Below are positions 11,301 to 23,300 of a stretch of 64,000 bases of DNA, in pieces. Origin of the DNA: Macrostomum lignano (taxonomy: Eukaryota). Made by a program: the position numbers and the translations under genes. The notes under the pieces are model-generated. The model had not been told where the DNA came from. It ran no database searches and saw only the letters and a program-made list of their open reading frames with translations. Every line of letters begins with the position of its first letter. Positions within the stretch are counted from its first letter, which is position 1. The DNA lies in assembly GCA_002269645.1 (NCBI GenBank), contig NIVC01003065.1, positions 57,364-121,363 on the forward strand, given 5' to 3'.

Positions 11301-14300
11301 AAATACATTGCTTTAAAATGCTTGAACAGCCTGGCTTAAAGTGCACGAGGGCCACATGCGGCCCGCAGGTCTTTTGAGCGTTCATAATTGCAATCCGGCC
11401 TGCTCAAGGTTTGTCCCAGCTCTCTTCTCTCTAATCGGTTCTCTCATCTTTTATCTCATCTTTCATCTCCTCCTTCCTATTCTCAGTGGTCTAGAAAAAC
11501 TGTTAGAAAGCATGTAAGCTTAGGTAAACAATTTTAAAAGTTATTGTTATCGGTTATTATAAATTAGCAAACAAGCAAACCAAACGCATATAGTCCGTAT
11601 ACATGTAAAAGTGCATGCAGGTGTTTTTGCTATCGAATCAGCTAATACTCCCTATATTGATGGACGATTTTTATGGTTTGACAGCGTGAAATTTTAAGGA
11701 TTCAACATTCATTGGTTATAGCGCTTGGTTAGCGCAATAAAACACATAAAAGTACACAATGTAATTCTCACAATAAAGTACATTCCATAAAGTAGTGCGA
11801 GTGTCTATGGGACTTAAAAGTACTCGTATATTTGGGCCCTGAAGTATACAGCTAGATAAAAAGTAAAAACTCGGCCTAAAGTCCAGCCTAAAGCTAAAAG
11901 TACACCCAACCAAAAAGTACAACCGTAGCCTAAAAGTACAAAATCAACCTAAAAGTACTCACCGCCGCCCTCTTTTTTTCTCCGACGGCGTTTATCGCCG
12001 CGACGCGACGGCGAGGAGTTGTCGCCAAACGGCTGATAGCCGCGGTCTCCGTCAGACTCTTCACCGTCGTCCTCGGAGACGGAGCGCTGATCATCCACGG
12101 CGGCCGCGGCAGCAGGCTGTTCCTCGTCCTTCTGCTTCCTGCGACTGTCCCGTCGTTGACGTCGGTTACGTCGCGGCTGACTGTCCCCGGTGGCAGCGGC
12201 GGCGGCGGAGGCATCAACAGCCTCGTCCTCGACGATGACGTCATCGCCGCCGCGTTTGTTGCGCCGACGCTGATGACGACGCTTCTCCTTAGCGTCGTTA
12301 AGCTGCGGATCGCTGCCCCGATGGCTTAGCTCGGCCATAGAAACTTTGTCCGGTGCGCTGCCGCTGGAGAGATTGCAAAAATTTATTTTACAAAAAATCC
12401 GTTCCTCACTATGCTACTGACAACAAGTAGAAATGCAAAGAACATGCAGTTATAATAAGTCAGGAAATGGAAAAAAGTTCGGTAGGAAATAATGCAGAAA
12501 AACGGCGTCATTACCAAACTGAGACAGTTTCTAACGGTAATTTTCCGAACCCTATTTACTCGAATAAAAAGGACTTTGAATCGCTATAAACACCATACTG
12601 AAAAAAATAAACTACAGGAAAGTAAAACGATAGGAATAACATCGCAAAATACATGCATAGACAACATTTAAAACAACGAAGACATTTTCCGCCAGCTTTC
12701 TGGCTCTGAGAGCACCCACTGTTTGCGCTGGGGCAGGCTGGCAACGCTGCAGCTGGAGTCTTCGCCATCCGAAATTGCGCTTGAGTGCAATGGTAAATCG
12801 ATCAATGATTAGTTGTAAAATTTCCGGGTTTGTTGATAATTGTTATAGTACACTCAGAAATCAATTTTTTTAAATACTCACTTAATATTGCCCGAACTCA
12901 GAATCTTGGGCACGCGGTATCGTTCACGCCTGATTTGCAGTTGCACCAGCGATGGAACATCCGGTATGACAGAGCTGATGAAGTACTTCAGCCCCAGAAC
13001 CACATTCTGCGGGTTGGATTCAAGGGTTATTTGAGTCTGCAGTACGAGTTCAACTGGCTGGGAAAATAAGATCAAGTATCAGGACAGCTAGATGGAGTTT
13101 CGTGGAGATTAGATGGACTCTCAGTGATATTAGGCATTGTCTCGCTGAGAATAGATGGAGTCTCAGTGAGATCAGATGAATTATCATTAGACTAGACAGA
13201 ATCTGAGGGAGATAAAATTGAATCTGAGGCAGATTAGATGGAATCTGAGAGAGATTAGATAGAGCCTGAGGTAGATTAGATAGAGTCTGAGGTAGACTAG
13301 ATCGAGTCTGAGGTAGATTTGATAGATAGAGTCAGAGGTAGATTAGATGGAATCTGAGGGAGATTAGATGGAATCTGAGGTAGATTAGATGGAATCTGAG
13401 GTAGATTAGATGGAACCTGAGGTAGATAAGATGGAATCTGAGGGAGATTAGATGGAATATGAGGGAGATAAGATGGAATCTGAGGGAGATTAGATGGAAT
13501 CTGAGGGAGATAAGATGGAATATGAGGGAAATTAGATGGAATCTGAGGGAGATAAGATGGAATCTGAGGTAGATTAGATGGAATCTGAGGTAGATTAGAT
13601 GGAACCTGAGGTAGATAAGATGGAATCTGAGGGAGATTAGATGGAATCTGAGGGAGATTAGATAGAGTCTGAGGTAGATTAGATGGAATCTGAGGGAAAT
13701 TAGATGGAATCTGAGGGAGATAAGATGGAATCTGAGGTAGATTAGATGGAACCTGAGGTAGATTAGATGGAACCTGAGGTAGATTAGATGGAATCTGAGG
13801 TAGATAAGATTGAATCTGAGGTAGATTAGATAGAGTCTGAGGTAGATTAGATGGAATCTGAGGGAGATAAGATGGAATCTGAGGGAGATAAGATGGAATC
13901 TGAGGGAGATAAGATGGAATCTGAGGTAGATTAGATGGAATCTGAGGTAGATTAGATGGAACCTGAGGTAGATAAGATGGAATCTGAGGGAGATTAGATG
14001 GAATCTGAGGGAGATTAGATAGAGTCTGAGGTAGATTAGATGGAATCTGAGGTAGATTAGATGGAATCTGAGGGAGATAAGATGGAATCTGAGGTAGATT
14101 AGATGGAACCTGAGGTAGATTAGATGGAACCTGAGGTAGATTAGATGGAATCTGAGGTAGATTAGATTGAATCTGAGGTAGATTAGATAGAGTCTGAGGT
14201 AGATTAGATGGAATCTGAGGGAGATAAGATGGAATCTGAGGGAGATTAGATGGAATCTGAGGGAGATAAGATGGAATCTGAGGGAGATAAGATGGAATCT

Positions 14301-17300
14301 GAGGGAGATTAGATGGAATCTGAGGGAGATTAGATGGAACCTGAGGTAGATTAGATTGAATCTGAGGTAGATTAGATTGAATCTGAGGTAGATTAGATAT
14401 AGTCTGAGGTAGATTAGATGGAATCTGAGGGAGATAAGATCGAATCTGAGGGAGATTAGATGGAATCTGAGGGAGATAAGATGGAATCTGAGGGAGATTA
14501 GATGGAATCTGGAGGGAGATCAGATGAAGTCTCAGTGAGAGTAAGTAGGTGAGACTGGGGCAGTGAATTCGTCACAGAAAGTTACCTCAACCAGCAGCAC
14601 AATGGCCAACTTGGAGGTCATATTGTTATACGTAGCCGCGAATTCATCCCTTCGAATCCAGGAGGCTGTAAAGGCGATGAGGCAGGCGTTGCTAATCACC
14701 CCGGCAACGTTCATGAACTCCACAATGTCGTGCCAGATGCCGATATTCTGCGAGATCATCGCCACGGGTCGGCGGAAGTTCCACAGCATCCGGTGGGCGT
14801 CGGTGGAGATGTCGAACAGGTTGGTGAGCAAGGCGATTAGCGGGGCCAGTGGGAAGGAGGCCGCAAACAGCTGTTGAGCAGGTTGGGGTTGGGGTGGGTT
14901 TATATTGTCAGTTTTTAGCTACTGAAAGTAGCAGAAGTAGCGTTTTTTAAACGGATTTATCTCATACCTCTTCCAACATCGGGATTTTCGTCGGGATCTC
15001 CCAATATTGGCATTCGGGATTTACATAGGGATTTCCCAATTTTAGGATTCAGGATTTGTGTCGAGATCTCCCAATATTAAGATTCGCGATTTGTGTTGGG
15101 ATCTTCCAAGGTTGGGATTCGGGATTTATGTCGGGATTTCCCAATTTTCTGATTCGGGATTTTCCAATAGTTGGTTTTGGGAATTTCCGTCAGGATCTCC
15201 CAATATTGAGATTCGGGATTTATGTCGGGATCTTCCAAGGTTGGGATTCGGGATTTATGTCGGGATTTCCCAATTTTCTGATTCGGGATTTATGTCGGGA
15301 TTTTCCAATATTGTTTTTGGGAATTTCCGTCAGGATCTCCCAATATTGAGTTTCAGGATTTATGTCGCGATCTCGCCATATTGGGATTCGGAATTTACGT
15401 CATGATCTTACGAATTTGGAATTCAGGAGTTACGTTGGGATCTTCCAATATTTGGAGCCTAGTTGAAACTGGTTGATATTGCCAGTGCACAGCCTATACA
15501 CTCCGCTATAGTAAGTCAAGCTCTAATTATCCAAAAAACCAACGCACCAGTAAGTAGCCGAACTGGATAATCTTCTCCATGTATTCCTCGATGGTGAAAT
15601 TTCCTAGCGAAAATTTCTGATACTCGTTCACAATGTAGGCGTTAACGTCTGTGGGTCTGGACAAATTGGATTCTCCAGTGTCCACCTGACTGCGGCTGCA
15701 ACGCTTCTTGAGTGAGCGGAAAAGGCGCATCAGGTAACTGCAGGGTTTTGTGGGTGCATGCGGTACTAGTGCACTCGAGGACAACTCTTAAAGACATCTT
15801 TTTGAGACACCTCTTGAAGACACCTCTTGAAGACACCTCTTGAAGACACCTCTTGAAGACACCCTTTTGAGACACCTCTTTGAGACACTTCTTAAAGATA
15901 CTTCATGAAGAGACTTCTTGAAGACACCTCTAAAAGACACTTCTTGAAGACACTTCAAGAAGACACCTCTTGAAGACACCTCTTGAAGACACCTCTTGAA
16001 GACACCTCTTTGAGATACCTCTTGAAAACACCTCTTTGAGACACCTCTTGAAAACACCTCTTTGAGACACCTCTTGAAGACACCTCTTGAAGACACCTCT
16101 TGAAGACACCTCTTTGAGACACCTCTTAAAGACACTTCTTGAAGACACTTCAAGAAGACACCTCTTGAAGACACCTCTTGAAGACACCTCTTGAAGACAC
16201 CTCTTTGAGATACCTCTTGAAAACACCTCTTTGAGACACCTCTTAAAGACACCTCTTGAAAGCACCTCTTGAAGACACCCTCTTGAGACCCCTCTTTGAG
16301 ACACCTCTTTGAGACACTTCTTAAAGACACTTCTTGAAGAGACTTCTTGAAGACACCTCTAAAAGACACTTCTTGAAGACACTTCAAGAAGACACCTCTT
16401 GAAGACACCTCTTGAAGACACCTCTTGAAGACACCTCTTTGAGACACCTCTTGAAAACACCTCTTTGAGACACCTCTTAAAGACACCTCTTGAAAGCACC
16501 TCATTAAAACACCTCTTGAAGACACAACCTATAGACACCTGAAGACATCTCTTGAAGAAACCCAAGGTTACTTAACAACTTGTTACTACTTAAGCTGTTA
16601 AGTAGTCCTTGAAGAAAACCCCCGAAGACAACACCTAAAGACATATCTTGCAGAATGCCTTGAGAAATGAAAGAATTGAGACACCCCATAAAAATGATCT
16701 CAGACATCAGATGAATCGAACGGTTTCAAAACAACTCACGGAATGACGTGATCCATCAGTAATTTCGGCATCGGCTTGGCAATCATCAGGATGAGCACCT
16801 GCAGTGACAGCATTGACATGCAGTTTCCATCGGTGCCGCAGGTGTCCACAAATTCTTTTCCAAGACCGAAAATTCCATTTGGCGGCATGAAAAGGTTGTC
16901 CTAAAATTCGGGCAGCGTATTATATGGTCATACTCGAGAATTCTAGAAATTTTCAAAATGTTTCTCAAGTTTGACCCGATATTTAACTCACCCCGCGAAA
17001 GAAAGCGATGTAGAACAGCGAACTATAGGAGTTAGCGAATTGGAAAGCAAACAGTTTCAGAATCAGAGCGTTGTCGTATTCGGTTTGAGTTCGATGGTTT
17101 TCTGAAATGCAAGGATTAGTTGCAAGAAACGTTTTGAGCTTTTTTAGATGAGAGGTGCAGTGACGCCAAGAGGGAAGTTGTAGTGACGCCAAGAGGGAAG
17201 TTGTAGTGACGCCAAGAGGGAAGTTGTAGTGACGCCAAGAGGGAAGTTGCAGTGACGCCAAGAGGGAAGTTGCAGTGACGCCAAGAGGGAAGTTTTAGTG

Positions 17301-20300
17301 ACGCCAAGAGGGAAGTTGCAGTGACGCCAAGAGGGAAGTTGCAGTGACGCCAAGAGGGAAGTTGTAGTGACGCCAAGAGGGAAGTTGCAGTGACGCCAAG
17401 AGGGAAGTTGTAGTGACGCCAAGAGGGAAGTTGCAGTGACGCCAAGAGGGAAGTTGCAGTGACGCCAAGAGGGAAGTTGTAGTGACGCCAAGAGGGAAGT
17501 TGTAGTGACGCCAAGAGGGAAGTTGTAGTGACGCTAAGGTGGGAGTGTAGTGACGCTAAGGTGGGAGTGCAGTGACGCTAAGGTGGGAGTGTAGTGACGC
17601 TAAGGTGGGAGTGCAGTGACGCTAAGGTGGGAGTGTAGTGACGCTAAGGTGGGAGTGTAGTGACGCTAAGGTGGGAGTGCAGTGACGCTAAGGTGGGAGT
17701 GTAGTGACGCTAAGATGGGAGTGCAGTGACGCTAAGGTGGGAGTGTAGTGACGCTAAGGTGGGAGTGTAGTGACGCTAAGGTGGGAGTGCAGTGACGCTA
17801 AGGTGGGAGTGCAGTGACGCTAAGATGGGAGTGTTAATGACGCTAAGGTGGGAGTGTAGTGACGCTAAGATGGGAGTGTAATGACGCTAAGATGGGAGTG
17901 CAGTGACACTAAGGTGGGAGTGTAATGACGCTAAGATGGGAGTGCAGTGACACTAAGGTGGGAGTGTAGTGACGCTAAGGTGGGAGTGTAGTGACGCTAA
18001 GGTGGGAGTGCAGTGACGCTAAGGTGGGAGTGCAGTGACGCCAAGAGAGAAGTTGCAGTGACGCTAAGATGGGAGTGTAATGACGCTAAGGTGGGAGTGC
18101 AGTGACGCTAAGGTGGGAGTGCAGTGACGCTAAGGTGGGAGTGCAGTGATGCTAGGAGTGTAGTGATGCAGTGAATCTAATTGCAAACTCACCCCAGTTA
18201 GTCAGAGTGTAGGCAATCCTATCGTAAACCTGGAAATTATCGCGAAGAAAGCATTTAATTGACAAGAAACATTCGAGCAGTATGCACAAAAAAGGATTTT
18301 GTACAGCTCAAGTTCGACTAGACTGCTCACCTTGCCAATAACGATGATAAAAATTGCATTCAAAAGCGAACTGATCACGGCGTTGAGGATCAGACAGTTG
18401 GTGCTGCTGACTGTTGGGCAAACTCGAATGGTGACGAAGATTCTGTAGACAATCACGGCGGCCACTCCGATGAACACTATAAGGATCTGGGGGATTAGGA
18501 CAATGGAAGCTAGTAGCATTTGGTGCTTTTTGGCAGAGAATTTGCACCAGAAATTCATTGCGGATCTGAGAGGGTGGCATGACGGTGGCCCAGCAACTGA
18601 GGATCTGGGAGTCTGTAGCCCAGCAACTGAGGATCTGGGAGTCTGTAGCCCAGCAACTGAGGATCTGGGAGTCTGTAGCCCAGCAACTGAGGATCTGGGA
18701 GTCTGTAGCCCAGCAGCTGAGGATCTGGGAGTCTGTAGCCCAGCAACAGAGGATCTGGGAGTCTGTAGCCCAGCAACTGAGGATCTGGGAGTCTGTAGCC
18801 CAGCAACAGAGGATCTGGGAGTCTGTAGCCCAGCAACTGAGGATCTAGGAGTCTGTAGCCCAGCAACTGAGGATCTGGGAGTCTGTAGCCCAGCAACTGA
18901 GGATCTGGGAGTCTGTAGCCCAGCAACAGAGGATCTGGGAGACTGGCTCAGCAACTGGGGATCTGAGAGGCTGGCCCAGCAACTGAGGATCTGGGAGACT
19001 GGCCCAGCAACTGAGGATCTAGGAGGCTGGCCCAGCAACTGAGGATCTGGGAGGCTGGCCCAGCAACTGAGGATCTGGGAGGCTTGCCCAGCAACTGACA
19101 CTCTGGGAGGCTGGCCCAGCAACTGATGATCTGAGAGGCTGGCCCAGCCACTGAGGATCTGGGAGGCTGGCTAAGCAACTGAGGATGTGGGAGTAGAAGT
19201 GAAGCAGGAAAACGCAGTAAACTTCAAGTCATATTTGCGCATAAATAGTACCATCGCTAGCAGAATGATGAATGACGTAGCAAACTTCATTGCCTGGTGA
19301 CTACCCGGATAGTAAGAGTCCATTTTGCCAGTGATTGGATCCTGAAATAAGAGGAATAAACGAAAATATACAGTAACCACAGTCAGAATTAATTACTGCT
19401 TGATATTATAGAAAATAGTTTTTAAAAATCCTGTTCGTGCCCAATGACGCTGATCTCTTCAAAAATCAACTGACAGCATACCATGTTGTTGTTCGGAATC
19501 GTTAAGAGGTGTGCTGGATTTTGATATTTAGGTTTATTCGCTGCTTTATGCTTGTAGATTTACTCGCTCAGCGAGGGACAAGATTTTTTTAATGAATGTA
19601 CATTCAATGCCACGATAGATAGTCGCCTATCCGTTCAGCGGGGGACGAGATTTTTTTATGAATGTACATTCAATGCCACGATAGATAGTCGCCTATCCGT
19701 TCAGCGGGGGACGAGATTTTTTTAATGAATGTACATTAAATGCCACGATAGATAGTCGCCTATCCGTTCAGCGGGGGACGAGATTTTTTTAATGAATGTA
19801 CGAGGTGTGTCCAAAAAGTAGTGATACTTTTAACCGTAGCTCTCGTTATATAGCTTCCTGTGATTTAAAATTTTATGAACTGATAGCGGCAAATCTCTTC
19901 TACAGACTGCTTTTTGAATTTTTAAAATTGATACCAGAGAACAAAAGTTATACCCACAAAAGTAACAGCACCCGTACCATAGAGTTACACAGATTATATC
20001 AAAATTTATGATAGTCGACTTCTGCACTTATTCATTAAGAAGGCATCGATAAATGTCTTGTTTAAGCAATACCAAAGCCCAATTGCAAAATTATGCTCAC
20101 TGCGACTGACTGAAATTTGTCTATGGACAGAATCATGCGCAGAAAAATAAAGCATTAAATTCATTACTTTACTTGCAAACAGAGGAGCTTGCATTTTGCA
20201 ATTGATTTCATTGCCCATACTCGACAACACACATGGATGTGCACTCAGTTGTTGCAGCAAAGTACTATCTTCACTCTTTGGGGTGCTGGCCATAGTGCCT

Positions 20301-23300
20301 CAGAAATTCACGCAAAACTTTGCTCTGCGCACGGATTCTCTGCAGTCAGCAAAATGACATGAGTTTATCGATGGATGGAGCAGTTCAGCAAGGGAAGGAC
20401 TGACTTGGCAGATCAGCATCGGACGGGGCGGCCATACGTTCATCGACCTGGCGGACTCCATTCTGAATCTTCTTGATGAGGACTCCCGAATGACCATTAG
20501 AGAGATCGCTGACAGGTTGGACAAGCCGAAATCAACAATTCATAGAAGCTTACTCGGCATGGATCTCGTGAAGCTCAGCCTATAATCTGTGTAACTCTAT
20601 GGTACAGGTACTGTTACTTTCATGGGTATAACTTTTGTTCTCTGGTATCAATTTTAAAAATTCAAAAAGCAGTCTGTAGAAGAGATTTGCCGCTATCAAT
20701 TCATAAAATTTTAAATCACAGGAAGCTATAGAACGAGAGCTACGGTTAAAAGTATCACTACTTTTTGGACACCCCTCGTACATTCAATGCTACGATAGAT
20801 AGTCGCCTATCCGTTCAGCGGAGACGAGATTTCTTTAATGAATGTACATTAAATGCCACGATAGATAGTCGCCTATCCTTTCAGCGGGGGACGAGATTTT
20901 TTTAATGAATGTACATTCAATGCTACGATAGATAGTCGCCTATCCGTTCAGCGGAGACGAGATTTCTTTAATGAATGTACATTAAATGCCACGATAGATA
21001 GTCGCCTATCCTTTCAGCGGGGGACGAGATTTTTTAATGAATGTACATTAAATGCCACGATAGATAGTCGCCTATCCGTTCAGCGGGGGACGAGATTTTT
21101 TTAATGAATGTACGAGGTACGAAAACTCTTGAATAAGTCATACCAATCGTTCTCTAGTGCCAATAAATCCAGGTCTGTCCGGCTCCGAGTGTTCATAATT
21201 GTTGACGTCCCATTCGTAGGCCAGGGTTGACCGGTATCGCTTCCACAGTTCAGTGTGAATGGTGCCCCATAAGCAGATAATTATAGCGAATATTGGCGTC
21301 AGTAGATTATCGAAGGCCTCTTTTATGGTTGCTAACATGTCGTCGACCAGCCCCATTACCCTACAAGGATATTATTAGCAAATAAGTTATTAGATAAATT
21401 GTTTTTTGCAAGTTTTAAAACTGTGTCTTACTTTTCAATGTCAGTCTGAACCGTCGTTGTTACGTTAGGAGCCAAAGTTGTAGTAGCGGATGTTGTTGTT
21501 GACTGCCTTTGAATGCTGTAGAAAGGGTTTTTTAGGGCACTAAATTTCTGAAAACTTTTCATATCGTCCCGATTCTTTCTAACAGGCACGGTTCTGTCTA
21601 ACAGGATTCGATTCTGTCTAACAGGATTCGATTCTATCTAACAGGATTCGATTCTGTCTAACAGGATTCGATTCTGTCTAACAGGATTCGGTTCTGTCTA
21701 ACAGGATTCGATTCTGTCTAACAGGATTCGATTCTATCTAACAGGATTCGATTCTGTCTAACAGCATTCGGTTCTGTCTAACAGGATTCGGTTCTGTCTA
21801 ACAGGATTCGATTCTGTCTAACAGGATTCGATTCTATCTAACAGGATTCGATTCTGTCTAACAGGATTCGGTTCTGTCTAACAGGATTCGATTCTGTCTA
21901 ACAGGATTCGATTCTGTCTAACAGGATTCGATTCTGTCTAACATGATTCGGTTCTGTCTAACAGGATTCAATTCTGTCTAAAAGGATTCGATTCTGTCTA
22001 ACAGGATTCGATTCTGTCTAACAGGATTCAATTCTGTCTAAAAGGATTCGATTCTGTCTAACAGGATTCGATTCTCTCTAACAGGATTCAATTCTGTCTA
22101 AAAGGATTCGATTCTGTCTAACAGGATTCGATTCTGTCTAACAGGATTCGATTCTGTCTAACAGGATTCGATTCTGTCTAACAGGATTCGATTCTGTCTA
22201 ACAGGATTCGATTCTTTCTAACAGGCACGGTTCTGTCTAACAGGATTCGATTCTGTCTAACATGATTCGGTTCTGTCTAACAGGATTCAATTCTGTCTAA
22301 CAGGATTCGATTCTGTCTAACAGGATTCGATTCTGTCTAACATGATTCGGTTCTGTCTAACAGGCACGGTTCTGTCTAACAGGATTCGATTCTGTCTAAC
22401 AGGATTCGATTCTGTCTAACAGGATTCGATTCTGTCTAACATGATTCGGTTCTGTCTAACAGGATTCAATTCTGTCTAAAAGGATTCGATTCTGTCTAAC
22501 AGGATTCGATTCTTTCTAACAGGCACGGTTCTGTCTAACAGGATTCGATTCTGTCTAACAGGATTCGATTCTGTCTAACAGGATTCGATTCTGTCTAACA
22601 GGATTCGATTCTATCTAACAGGATTCGATTCTGTCTAACAGGATTCGATTCTGTCTAACAGGATTCGATTCTGTCTAACAGGATTCGATTCTGTCTAACA
22701 GGATTCGATTCTATCTAACAGGATTCGATTCTGTCTAACAGGATTCGATTCTGTCTAACAGGATTCGATTCTGTCTAACATGATTCGGTTCTGTCTAACA
22801 GGATTCAATTCTGTCTAAAAGGATTCGATTCTGTCTAACAGGATTCGATTCTTTCTAACAGGATTCGATTCTGTCTAACAGGATTCGATTCTGTCTAACA
22901 GGATTCGATTCTTTCTAACAGGCACGGTTCTGTCTAACAGGATTCGATTCTGTCTAACAGGATTCGATTCTGTCTAACAGGATTCGATTCTTTCTAACAG
23001 GCACGGTTCTGTCTAACAGGATTCGATTCTGTCTAACAGGATTCGATTCTGTCTAACAGGATTCGATTCTGTCTAACAGGATTCGATTCTATCTAACAGG
23101 ATTCGATTCTGTCTAACAGGATTCGATTCTGTCTAACAGGATTCGATTCTGTCTGACAGGATTCGATTCTGTCTAACAGGATTCGATTCTGTCTAACAGG
23201 ATTCGATTCTGTCTAACATGATTCGATTCTTTCTAACAGGATTTGATTCTGTCTAACAGGATTCGATTCTGTCTAACAGGATTCGATTCTGTCTAACAGG

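Noticed and set aside
15788-19122. Long repeat ORFs ([31 protein letters not shown])
   Set aside because: Satellite translations; only the short splice-bounded anoctamin parts are real.
19570-21115. CRISPR-like appearance of the 67-bp (and 43- and 47-bp) arrays
   Set aside because: Units are contiguous with no unique spacers, there are no cas genes, and the context is a eukaryotic intron.
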